Assembly: GCA_030698575.1 (NCBI GenBank)
Contig: JAUYMQ010000100.1
Span: 1-32,166 of the forward strand
Length of the DNA stretch: 32,166 bases
Direction of reading: 5' to 3'
DNA from: Deltaproteobacteria bacterium
GTDB taxonomy: Bacteria; JAUYMQ01
Shown here: positions 11,998-20,441 of the stretch, one piece after another
Numbering within the stretch: the stretch's first letter is position 1
Layout: the number at the start of each line of letters is the position of its first letter
Made by a program: the position numbers and the translations under genes
Notes under the pieces: model-generated
Told to the model about the DNA's origin: nothing
Seen by the model: the letters and a program-made list of their open reading frames with translations, nothing else
The model's database searches: none

Positions 11998-12783
11998 GTG
12001 GATACGAGGCGAAGCTTGAAGCGCATCCTGCTTGCAGCCCTGCTTGCTCAAACGCTTCTTTTTGCGCCCCCGGGGTTTTCTGCGCCGGGGAAGGAAGACC
12101 CCGGCGCTTCGCCACCGGCGGATCCCCATCCTTCACCACGGCTCGAATCCTTCTACGACATCGCCTCGTCGACGCCCTGGGAGCTCAGGCGCATCGATGC
12201 CGACAACGCTTCCATCCTCGGCATTCGCATAGGCGACGCCCTGGGGCATATGAAGCGGACGCTGGGCAAGCCGCAAGCCAAACGAGTCGAGAAAATAGGC
12301 GGCGTGGTTGACCATACGGTATACCGTTTCGAGAACCTCGAGGTCCGCGTCGACGCCGACGGCCGCATCTCGCGCATAAGGTTGATGGCGAGTGGCGCAC
12401 GGGTCATGAAGAACGGCATCGAGACGCTCATGAGCGATTTCAGCGAGACCCGCATGCGCAAGGTTCTGGGCTGGAACTACCATCGCAAGCTCAAGCGGGT
12501 GTATGTCTGGCCGATCAGCCGCTCGAAGTTCAGGCAGGACAAGGACCGGGAACGGCTGCTGAACAGCGTTCAGCAGTACTACAAGCTCGATTCCGTCGAG
12601 GAGGCCGAAAAGCGCATCATCCGCGCCTGGGATACCGTATACCTTTACCCGGAACGCGGCATCCGGATGCGGGTGTACAGCAACATTCCGGTGTCGGGGC
12701 GATTCAAGGCCGATTTCGTGCTCATCAAGCCTCCGCCGCCACCCGCCCCCGAAGCGAAGGCCCCAGATTCCTCTGCGGGCTGA
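11998..12783 (+). CDS. Hypothetical exported protein
   Basis: Signal peptide (KRILLAALLAQTLLFAPPGFS-A), Pro-rich ends, ILGIRIGD...LGKP motif reminiscent of BLIP/BamE-like folds. Start is GTG 11998 or TTG 12016. Confidence 0.7.
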   Translation: MDTRRSLKRILLAALLAQTLLFAPPGFSAPGKEDPGASPPADPHPSPRLESFYDIASSTPWELRRIDADNASILGIRIGDALGHMKRTLGKPQAKRVEKIGGVVDHTVYRFENLEVRVDADGRISRIRLMASGARVMKNGIETLMSDFSETRMRKVLGWNYHRKLKRVYVWPISRSKFRQDKDRERLLNSVQQYYKLDSVEEAEKRIIRAWDTVYLYPERGIRMRVYSNIPVSGRFKADFVLIKPPPPPAPEAKAPDSSAG

Positions 12784-12788
12784 AAAGC

Positions 12789-12818
12789 TTGACGGAAGCC
12801 GGGGGCTTCGCCTAGCCT
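12789..12818 (+). promoter_or_regulatory. Putative sigma70 promoter of the barrel-FecR unit with a palindrome in the spacer
   Basis: TTGACG(12789-12794)-N18-TAGCCT(12813-12818); spacer contains GAAGCC-GGG-GGCTTC. Confidence 0.45.
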
Positions 12819-12920
12819 ACCGTCGGGCCAAGCCAGAGCTCCCGGAGTGCCGGATCATTCAGAGTCTGGGCGGAGCCTGGCCGCAGGCTGGCCGGCATCC
12901 GGCGCCGAGAGGAGGGTGCT

Positions 12921-14360
12921 ATGAAGGGAATAGCTTCCATCTGCCTGCCCCGCTGCGAGCGTTCGACTCTCCTGCAGGGCGTGATGTTCCTCGGGCTCGC
13001 CTTCACCTGGCTCTTCCTTGCGGGCTCGGCCCGCGCGGACGAGCTGGCCGAGATCGCCTTCACCGAGGGACTTGTCGCCGTCAAGACCGGAGCGCCGGAA
13101 GAGGCGGTCGAACGGCTCGGCGAGGCGACGCAGCGGAACCCTGAGGACGCCGTCGCCTGGTACTGGCTGGGGGTGGCGCACGCCCGGCTGGATGAGAAGG
13201 AGGCGGCGCTCGAAGCCTTCGATCGTGCCCTCGCGCTCGACCCGCGGTTCGCCGAAGCCTCCTATGCCCGGGGAAACGTCCTCAACAGCCAGGGAGACGA
13301 GCGGGAGGCCAAGCTCGCGTGGGATCAGGCTGCAGCCCTGGCTCCCGGTTCGGACCTGGCCCGAAGGGCGCGTGAAATGGGCGACGTGCCGCGCCCCCCC
13401 GATGCGTCCGGACGAGACTGGTATGCCGACGCCGGGATGGGGGTCGAGTACGATACGAACGTCTTCCTTTATCCCAACCAGGGCGATGCCCCTGTGGTCG
13501 GGGGGATCGGCGGGAAGCGCTACCGCCCGAGTGATCCGATCCAGGACACCCGCTTCGTCTTCTACGTCGACGGCGGCTACCGGCTCTTCGGTGGCGACAA
13601 CTGGTCGATCAATACCCATCAGTCGTTTCAGGCTGGCGTCCAGGCGCGAAGCGAGGATGTGAATTATGTCGAGTACAGGCCGTCTCTTTCGCTGCTCTAT
13701 GACGCCGACCCGCTGACCTTCGGCCTGAGCTACACCTTCACGCTCTTCGGGCTGGGCGGCGAGGTCCTCAGTGTCAGCCATGAGGTGGAGCCGAGCGTGA
13801 CGCTCAGGGAGGGCAACCGGAGCTACACGCGCCTGTTCTACCGTTACACGCGCAATGACTTCGTGGATGACGTCGCGTCGAATTTTGATCTTTCCGGGAA
13901 TGATCACCGCGTGGGAATAGACCAGTATCTTCTGCTCTTCGACCGGAGAGGCTATGCGCGCCTGGGGGTGGAGTTTCGACGGGATCTCACCGACGGATCG
14001 GAGTATTCGGGAAGCTACACGACCCTTGGCGGCGAGATCCTGGCCCCGATCCCCGGCGACGCCACTCTGCGGCTGGAGGCCGCGCAGCGCTGGGCGGACT
14101 TCGACAATGACAGCGCCTTCAGCATTCCCAACACAGTGTTCTTCGTAATGGGCCCGACCTTCAACCGCACCATCGTGCCGGTGCGCACGGGTGATCCGAA
14201 GAACGAAATTCTCACCACCGTAAGCGCGACCGTATCGCGCGAGTTCGGGGATCACTGGAGCGCCTCAGCGCGCTACATCTATTCTGTGAATCAATCGACC
14301 ATCCAGACGTACGATTACAACCGGAGCATCTTCTCTGTTTTCGCGAACTACCGTTTCTGA
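12921..14360 (+). CDS. TPR-containing outer-membrane beta-barrel protein (Slam/DUF560-like architecture)
   Basis: SD GGAGG; signal peptide ending SARA; TPRs (AWYWLGVAHARL...ALALDP); barrel begins WYADAGMGVEYDTNV; amphipathic aromatic strands; C-terminal beta-signal VFANYRF. Confidence 0.85.
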   Translation: MKGIASICLPRCERSTLLQGVMFLGLAFTWLFLAGSARADELAEIAFTEGLVAVKTGAPEEAVERLGEATQRNPEDAVAWYWLGVAHARLDEKEAALEAFDRALALDPRFAEASYARGNVLNSQGDEREAKLAWDQAAALAPGSDLARRAREMGDVPRPPDASGRDWYADAGMGVEYDTNVFLYPNQGDAPVVGGIGGKRYRPSDPIQDTRFVFYVDGGYRLFGGDNWSINTHQSFQAGVQARSEDVNYVEYRPSLSLLYDADPLTFGLSYTFTLFGLGGEVLSVSHEVEPSVTLREGNRSYTRLFYRYTRNDFVDDVASNFDLSGNDHRVGIDQYLLLFDRRGYARLGVEFRRDLTDGSEYSGSYTTLGGEILAPIPGDATLRLEAAQRWADFDNDSAFSIPNTVFFVMGPTFNRTIVPVRTGDPKNEILTTVSATVSREFGDHWSASARYIYSVNQSTIQTYDYNRSIFSVFANYRF

Positions 14361-14405
14361 TCGCCACGAATGGGCGACATCACCGCCGATGCAAGGAGAA
14401 TCTTC

Positions 14406-15251
14406 ATGAGTCATTCACGACTTGGCGCCCTCGCCGCCGGGCTTGCGGTCCTGAGCATGCTCTCGGCTCCCCCCGCCCTCGCCCAGGCGGTGGGCAAAAG
14501 CGTTGCGACAGTGGCGGAGAGGGCCCTCCCGGCGGAGGTGAAGCGGTCGGGGCAGACCGACTGGGCGGAGATCGAGGACGGGGGTGAAGTCCTTCTCGGT
14601 GACACGCTCCGCACCGGCGAGGGCGGCAGGCTCAAGATCGTGTTCAACGACAAGAGCATCATGATCCTGGCCGAGAACACCCTGCTCGAGATTACCCAGC
14701 ACGTCTATGATCCGGCCGCCAAGGAGCGCACGTCGCTCTTCAAGCTCTATGAGGGAAAGGTGCGAGCGATTGTGGGTGAGCTGTTCGGGGCCCAGTCGAG
14801 GTTTGAGATCGAGACGCCCGTGGCAGTGGCGGGCGTGAAGGGCACCGACTTCGAGACTCATCACCCGAAACCCTGCAGCACGGTTTACACACAGCTCGGC
14901 GACTCGTATGCCAGGAACGTCAATCCGGCCGTCAGTGGTGACGTGGTCGTACCGGGCGGATTCATGACGACCATCTGCGAGGGCGCGAAGCCCACGGACC
15001 CGGTGGAGGCTTCGGAGGAGTTCCTCGAGGGGACGATCCCGCTGCGGGGGCTCGACACGACGCGGCCTGGAACGCCGCCCATGGACGGCTTTCCGCCGCT
15101 TGGGCCGGACAACCAATTGCCTGGAAAGCCCAACATCCCTCCGGGTCCGCAGCCGAACATTCCACCCACGAGCACGGGCGGGCTGCCGCCAGGTGGCGCG
15201 CCGGTCACGCCGCCGCCGCCCAGGCCCATCGTGAACAACACGATGCAGTAA
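14406..15251 (+). CDS. Exported FecR-domain protein with Pro-rich C-terminal tail
   Basis: SD AAGGAG before ATG 14406; signal peptide ending ALA-Q; FecR motifs GDTLRTG, FNDKS..LAENT, LYEGKV, FEIETPVAVAGVKGTDF. Confidence 0.88.
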   Translation: MSHSRLGALAAGLAVLSMLSAPPALAQAVGKSVATVAERALPAEVKRSGQTDWAEIEDGGEVLLGDTLRTGEGGRLKIVFNDKSIMILAENTLLEITQHVYDPAAKERTSLFKLYEGKVRAIVGELFGAQSRFEIETPVAVAGVKGTDFETHHPKPCSTVYTQLGDSYARNVNPAVSGDVVVPGGFMTTICEGAKPTDPVEASEEFLEGTIPLRGLDTTRPGTPPMDGFPPLGPDNQLPGKPNIPPGPQPNIPPTSTGGLPPGGAPVTPPPPRPIVNNTMQ

Positions 15252-15295
15252 TCCCTCATCGCCGCGTGCCGCGCGCGCGGCGCGTCCCGGAATGG

Positions 15296-15330
15296 ACAGA
15301 AGCCCGAGGGCGCCCCCCTCGGGCTTCTGT
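15296..15330. terminator. Perfect 15-bp hairpin between the FecR and cyclase genes
   Basis: ACAGAAGCCCGAGGG-CGCCC-CCCTCGGGCTTCTGT; only a weak U tail follows. Confidence 0.6.
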
Positions 15331-15413
15331 TATGCCGGGCTGCCTCAAGTTCTCGGGAACGTGTTAAGGTTGGCTTGCTGGAGCGTTACACCCCGCCTCT
15401 GGGAGAGGAATAG

Positions 15414-17582
15414 ATGCGTGGCTGGCTGAGCCCGAGCGGCTGGAAGATCGGCCTTGCTTGCGCCGTCATATCGCTGGCTCTCTGGTACGCGGGCATTGCC
15501 TTCCTGCAGGACATCGAACTCAAGACCGTCGATGCGCGTTTCCGTCTCCGCGGCGTTCGGGATGTCAGCGATCGGGTGGTGATAGCCGCCATTGACGAAC
15601 GGAGCATCGACGCGCTCGGGCGATGGCCCTGGCCCCGGTCGGACATCGCCGCGCTGGTCGACAGCCTGAAAGACCTCGGCGCGCGCGTCATCGCCTTCGA
15701 CATCGTTTTCGCCGAACCTGAGCGAAACCACCCCGAAAACGATCAAATGCTGGCCGAATCGATCGAGCGGGCCGGCAACGTCGTGCTCGGTTACTACTTC
15801 CGCACGGCGCAGAAACGGCGGTATGCGGGCCCGACGAAGGGTCCTCCGGACGACCTCGCCAAGGAAATAGCCGTGGAGGAGGCGAAGCGCTTCAACCAGG
15901 CCCTCGCGGCGGTGTCAACCTCGCAGGTCTCGATCCTGCGGATGACCGAGGCGCCGCGAACGCCCGGGCAGTGCTCGGGCGTGGAGCCCAACATCCCCAT
16001 CATTGGCGGCGCATCCAAGGCCATGGGTTACTTCAGTATTCAGCCCGACATAGACGGCGTGGTGCGCCGCATCCCGCTTGTGCTCTCCTGTCGTGACGAC
16101 TACTACACCTCGCTCTCTCTCCGAGCCACGTCGGCTTATCTCGGCAACGCCCCGATCGCAATCGATCTCCGGAGAGACGGCATCCGATCCCTCACCGTCG
16201 GCCCGGGGCGCGTGAAAGTGGACGAGGCGGGCTTTCTGCGCGTCAACTTCCCGGGCCCTGCGCAGTCCTTCGCGTATTACTCCGCGGTGGATCTCATCCG
16301 CAAACGCGTCAACCCCGACGCGGTGCGCGACCGGCTGGTTATCGTCGGCTCCACAGAACTCGGCATCGAGGATATCCGTCCGACCCCCTTCGGCCCGGTC
16401 GTTCCGGGGCCGGAGGTCCAGGCGGCGGCCATCGAGACCATTCTCCGTGGATCTTTCATCCAGCGGGACAACGCCATCATTCTTGCCGACGTGCTCATGG
16501 TGTTCATCCTCGGCGTGGGGCTTGGCGGACTGTTCGGCCGCCTGCCCAGCGCCGTGCACCGTGCCGAGGCTTTTCTTCTTGCATCCATCCTGTTCATCGC
16601 CTGGCAGGGGTTCTCCTTCGGAAAGCTCGGGCTGCAGTTCAACACCCTTTACCCGGGCATCTCCCTCGGCCTCACCTACCTCGGCGTCAGTCTTTATGAG
16701 GCCTTCGGCATCGAGGCAAGCAGCCGCCGGACGCGCGCGGCCTTCGAGGCCTACGCGCCCCCGGAAGTCGTAGAAATGATCGTCAAGGATCCGGCGCGGC
16801 TGGTGCTCGGGGGAGAGCGGCGTGACATCTCGGTCCTGTTTTCGGACATCGAGGGCTTCACGACGCTCTCCGAGGCCCTCGCGCCGGAAGAGGTCGTGCG
16901 GCTGCTCAACACCTATCTCACACCCATGACCGAACTGGTGTTCGAGCACGGCGGCACGCTCGACAAGTACATCGGCGACGCCATCATGGCCATCTTCGGA
17001 GCGCCGATCGACGCGGCTGACCATTCCGAACGCGCATGCCGGACCGCGCTCCAGATGATGAAAGCGCTCGACGCGTTGAAGGATCAGTCCTGGTTCGATC
17101 GTGGCTGGCCCGACATACAGATCAGGATCGGCGTCAGCTCGGGTCCCATGGCGGTCGGGAACATGGGTACCGACATGCGGTTCGCCTATACCGCCATCGG
17201 CGACGGCGTGAATCTGGCGTCGCGGCTGGAGGGACTCAACAAGGATTACGGCAGCCGCATTCTTATCAGTGAGTTCACGCGCGATCAGTTGAAGACGGTG
17301 TTTTCCGTGCGAGAGATTGATGTGGTGCGCGTGCGTGGAAAGCGGGTGCCTGTGCGCGTGTACGAACTGCGCGGTGAAGGAGTCCCATCGATGGAGGAGG
17401 CGCGCTTCATCAGCGACTTCGAAGAGGGGCTGAAGGCCTTCCGATCCCAGCGTTACGATCTTGCCCGCGAGCGCTTCCGCTCCTGCCGGGAGCAGCAGCC
17501 CGAGGATGGCCCCGCGCGAGTGATGCTGGCGCGGTGCGACGCGGCCGAGAGGAAGCAGGATCTCGAAAAGGCGGCGCTCTGA
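15414..17582 (+). CDS. CHASE2-domain class III adenylate cyclase
   Basis: N-terminal TM; CHASE2 motifs (IDERSI..LGRWPWPR, FDIVFAEP, DIDGVVRR, PGPEVQA); three TMs; catalytic FSDIEGFT, DKYIGDAIMA, YTAIGDGVNLASRLEG (Lys/Thr indicate ATP specificity); TPR-like tail. Confidence 0.95.
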   Translation: MRGWLSPSGWKIGLACAVISLALWYAGIAFLQDIELKTVDARFRLRGVRDVSDRVVIAAIDERSIDALGRWPWPRSDIAALVDSLKDLGARVIAFDIVFAEPERNHPENDQMLAESIERAGNVVLGYYFRTAQKRRYAGPTKGPPDDLAKEIAVEEAKRFNQALAAVSTSQVSILRMTEAPRTPGQCSGVEPNIPIIGGASKAMGYFSIQPDIDGVVRRIPLVLSCRDDYYTSLSLRATSAYLGNAPIAIDLRRDGIRSLTVGPGRVKVDEAGFLRVNFPGPAQSFAYYSAVDLIRKRVNPDAVRDRLVIVGSTELGIEDIRPTPFGPVVPGPEVQAAAIETILRGSFIQRDNAIILADVLMVFILGVGLGGLFGRLPSAVHRAEAFLLASILFIAWQGFSFGKLGLQFNTLYPGISLGLTYLGVSLYEAFGIEASSRRTRAAFEAYAPPEVVEMIVKDPARLVLGGERRDISVLFSDIEGFTTLSEALAPEEVVRLLNTYLTPMTELVFEHGGTLDKYIGDAIMAIFGAPIDAADHSERACRTALQMMKALDALKDQSWFDRGWPDIQIRIGVSSGPMAVGNMGTDMRFAYTAIGDGVNLASRLEGLNKDYGSRILISEFTRDQLKTVFSVREIDVVRVRGKRVPVRVYELRGEGVPSMEEARFISDFEEGLKAFRSQRYDLARERFRSCREQQPEDGPARVMLARCDAAERKQDLEKAAL

Positions 17583-17597
17583 AGCGTGAGGTGCGGG

Positions 17598-18221
17598 TCA
17601 GCTTTCGTAGACGACCAGATCTATCTCGTAGCCGCAGGCCTCGATGTTCTCGAGAATCCGATCGAAAGCAGGCGCCGCGATGGTGAGCACCACGTCCAGT
17701 CCGGAATCGTGCAACCGGAGATGGCGTTCGGCCCTCAACAGGCGGCCGCCGCGGTCGAGGACGATCTGGCAGATCCGATGGAACAGCTCGGGCTTCCGGG
17801 GAATGGTCAGTTCAATCCGCGCGCGCCGGTCGTGCTGGCTGGCGACCTCGATGAGCGCCTCGATGACGTCGCTCTCAGTGATAATTCCCACAAGCCTTTT
17901 CCCGCGCAGCACGGGTAGCCCGGCAATGTGATGCTTGCGGAACAGCCGTGCGGCTTTCTCGACGTAAGTTTCAGGCGAGACGGTGATGACCGAGGCAGTC
18001 ATGTAGTCCGCGACCGGGCGCTCGAGCGATGAGAGCGTGCCACCGGCTCGCGCGGTGGCCGAAAGAATGTCCCGCTCGGTGATGATGCCGACCAGCTCGC
18101 GCGCCTTCACGACGGGAAGGTGGCGCACGTCATTCTTCGCCATCAGATTGCAGGCGTAACGCAAGCTGGATTCGGGAGTCACGGTGATAGGTCGGCGGCT
18201 CATGCGGGACGAAACCTGCAT
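17598..18221 (-). CDS. AcuB-like CBS-pair plus ACT domain protein
   Basis: SD GAGGA before ATG 18221; two CBS domains (VRHLPVV..LVGIITERDI; IAGLPVL..LVGIITESDV) followed by an ACT-like domain (ARIELTIPRKPE). Confidence 0.85.
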   Translation of the reverse strand: MQVSSRMSRRPITVTPESSLRYACNLMAKNDVRHLPVVKARELVGIITERDILSATARAGGTLSSLERPVADYMTASVITVSPETYVEKAARLFRKHHIAGLPVLRGKRLVGIITESDVIEALIEVASQHDRRARIELTIPRKPELFHRICQIVLDRGGRLLRAERHLRLHDSGLDVVLTIAAPAFDRILENIEACGYEIDLVVYES

Positions 18222-18411
18222 GTCGGTCCTCAATCGCGTGGTGTGGTCGCATCCTACGCGCGCGTTCGAGACGGGTGCAAGAGCAAAGGGCCTGAAGTGC
18301 GTCGATTTCAAGTTCGTTCCTGCATGCGTTCCGATTCCGGTATATGCGCGCCCGCTTGACGCCCCCCTGCTAGACCGCGCCTAGGAAGTCCTCGCAAGTT
18401 GCTTCACGGAT

Positions 18412-18444
18412 AAAGAAAATCCCCCTTCGAAATCGAAGGGGGAT
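18412..18444 (-). terminator. Intrinsic terminator of the enoyl-CoA hydratase gene
   Basis: ATCCCCCTTCGA-AA-TCGAAGGGGGAT inverted repeat followed on the minus strand by TTTCTTT. Confidence 0.8.
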
Positions 18445-18474
18445 CAAAAGCCGGCTGTTTCTCCGCTGTCCGCC

Positions 18475-19269
18475 TCAGCGGCCCTGAAACTTCGGATCGC
18501 GGCGTTCCATCAACGCGGTCGCGCCCTCCCGGAAATCTTCGGTCGTCAGGAGCGTGCTCTGGGCGAGCGCTTCCAGTTCCATGCCGCTCTTCTTGTCGAG
18601 CCCCTGGGCGCGATCGATGAGGCGCTTGGCCAAACCCACGGCCAGCGGCGCGTTCCGGGCGATCTCCGAGAGCAACCTGCGCGAACGGGGAAGGAGGTCG
18701 GCCGCGTCGACAACGTGGTTGACAAGACCGATCGTGTGCGACTCCCCGGCGGTCAATAGCCGGCCAGTCAGAATGATCTCCTTGGCCCAGGCCGGGCCGA
18801 CGGTCCGGAGCAGGCGTGTGGTTCCCCCTACGTCCGGAATCAAGCCCACGCGCACTTCGGGCAGACCGACGAGCGCCTCGCGTTCGGCAATCCGGAAGTC
18901 GCAGGCCAGGGCCAGTTCCAGTCCGAGGCCGACGCAGTGGCCTTGAATCGCCGCGACGATGGGCTTCTCCAGATCCTCCATTTCGTTGAAGCGCCCCTGG
19001 AGCCCATTCAACTTGGTCCGGAAGTCCGCCATGGTCGCGTTCACGGCGACCGATGAGCCCAGCCAGGCCGCGTCGATGCCGGCTGAGAAGGCCTTTCCCT
19101 CGCCACGCAGCAGGATGCCTCGCACATCCCGGTCGTCCCGCGCTTTCTCGAAGGCCTTGCTCAGGGCATCGAGCACGTCTCCGTTCAGCGCGTTGCGCTT
19201 CTCCGGGCGGTTCAGCGTGATGGTCAGAATCTGCGAATCGAGTTCGGTGAGAACGAGCGGTTCGGCCAT
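18475..19269 (-). CDS. Enoyl-CoA hydratase/isomerase (crotonase family)
   Basis: SD AAGGAG; ITLNRPEKRNAL, FSAGID, GLGLELALACDFR, GLPEVRVGLIP (both catalytic Glu present), DFREG...RDPKFQGR. Confidence 0.95.
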   Translation of the reverse strand: MAEPLVLTELDSQILTITLNRPEKRNALNGDVLDALSKAFEKARDDRDVRGILLRGEGKAFSAGIDAAWLGSSVAVNATMADFRTKLNGLQGRFNEMEDLEKPIVAAIQGHCVGLGLELALACDFRIAEREALVGLPEVRVGLIPDVGGTTRLLRTVGPAWAKEIILTGRLLTAGESHTIGLVNHVVDAADLLPRSRRLLSEIARNAPLAVGLAKRLIDRAQGLDKKSGMELEALAQSTLLTTEDFREGATALMERRDPKFQGR

Positions 19270-19281
19270 GGGACACTCCTT

Positions 19282-19329
19282 CCTTCGTGCTGGCCTTCGT
19301 GCTGGCTTTCGTGCTGCCGTTCGTGCGGG
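19282..19329. repeat. Four tandem 12-bp repeats (core TTCGTGC)
   Basis: CCTTCGTGCTGG CCTTCGTGCTGG CTTTCGTGCTGC CGTTCGTGCGGG, adjoining the SD of the hydratase gene. Confidence 0.9.
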
Positions 19330-19399
19330 CATCTTGCGGATACGGGCTTTCCGAGCCGGCCCCGACCCGGGGATGCGCGCAGCGCTCCGCAAGATGCCC
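19327..19399. repeat. Perfect 14-bp inverted repeat with 45-bp spacer
   Basis: GGGCATCTTGCGGA (19327-19340) and TCCGCAAGATGCCC (19386-19399). Confidence 0.9.
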
Positions 19400-19502
19400 C
19401 GGGCCGGATGTGGCATGTTGGCACGGGGGTGAAAAACCGGCAACCTGTCGGCCGGTAGGACGCGGACGCGCTGGAACGCGCGCCCGCGAAAGGGAGGAAC
19501 GC

Positions 19503-20441
19503 ATGCCGCGGTTCGGCGCGCACATGTCCGTGGCGGGCGGCGTGGAACTCGCCTTCGAGCGAGGAAAGCGCGTCGGCTGCGAGGCGATGCAGATATTCAC
19601 GAAGAACGCGAACCAGTGGAACGCGCGTCCGCTGGATGCCGGTGTGGCGGAGCGGTTCCGGAAGGCTGCGCGCGACAGCGGCATCCGGCCGCTTCTTGCG
19701 CACGACTCCTACCTGATCAATCTGGGGTCACCCCGGTCGCCGTTGTTGCGAAGGTCGCGCGCGGCTCTGGAGGACGAGCTGCAGCGGGCGGAGGCCCTCG
19801 GCCTCGACTATCTCGTGATTCATCCGGGAGCCGCTGTGGGAGGGTCGAAAGACGATTGTCTGCGGCGGATCGCCGAGTGCATCGACGATGTGCACGGCCG
19901 CACCTCCGGCTTCCGCGTGAGGATCCTCCTCGAGAACACGGCCGGGCAGGGAACCGTGGTTGGCCACCGGCTGGAGCATCTCGCGCGGATCATCGATGCG
20001 GTGGATGAGCCCGGGCGGCTTGGCGTCTGCATCGACACCTGCCATCTCTTTGCGGCGGGCTATGATTTTCGTGATGCGAAAGGCTACGCCGCAACCATGA
20101 AGGAGATCGGGCGAGTTCTTGGATTTCGCCGCGTGAAGGCCTTCCACCTGAACGACTGCAAGAAGGATCTGGGCTGTCGCGTGGACCGGCACGAGCATAT
20201 CGGCCGGGGCTTCATTGGACAGGAAGCCTTTCGCCTGATCGTTTCCGACAGCCGGTTCCGGGCGACGCCGATGATCCTCGAAACGCCGAAAGGAGACGAC
20301 GGATTCGGCATGGACATCGAAAACCTGACGCTGCTCAGGCGGCTGGCCGGGCGGACGAGCGGTGGGGGTGGGGCCGGGGGATTGCTTCAGCGCCCCTCAG
20401 CTGCGCGTCGCGATGACCCGCGCGGAGGCGGTGGAACGTGA
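19503..20441 (+). CDS. nfo: Endonuclease IV (AP endonuclease)
   Basis: SD GGAGGA; FGAHMS, QIFTKN, HDSYLINL, HPG, ENTAG, DTCH, HLND, DRHEHIG, LETP; Gly/Arg-rich C-terminal extension. Confidence 0.96.
   Translation: MPRFGAHMSVAGGVELAFERGKRVGCEAMQIFTKNANQWNARPLDAGVAERFRKAARDSGIRPLLAHDSYLINLGSPRSPLLRRSRAALEDELQRAEALGLDYLVIHPGAAVGGSKDDCLRRIAECIDDVHGRTSGFRVRILLENTAGQGTVVGHRLEHLARIIDAVDEPGRLGVCIDTCHLFAAGYDFRDAKGYAATMKEIGRVLGFRRVKAFHLNDCKKDLGCRVDRHEHIGRGFIGQEAFRLIVSDSRFRATPMILETPKGDDGFGMDIENLTLLRRLAGRTSGGGGAGGLLQRPSAARRDDPRGGGGT

Noticed and set aside
15060-15251. PPG-rich FecR tail as ligand of the protease GYF domain
   Set aside because: The FecR protein has a signal peptide while the GYF domain precedes the first TM (cytoplasmic), so they are in different compartments.
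19282-19329. CRISPR array or LexA (GTTC-N7-GTTC) sites
   Set aside because: Units are 12 bp with no spacers and no cas genes; the period and core do not fit that SOS box.
19287-19502. N-terminal extensions of nfo (MLAFVLAFVLPF...) and of the hydratase ORF
   Set aside because: They arise from translating the 12-bp repeat region; the SD-supported starts are 19503 and 19269.
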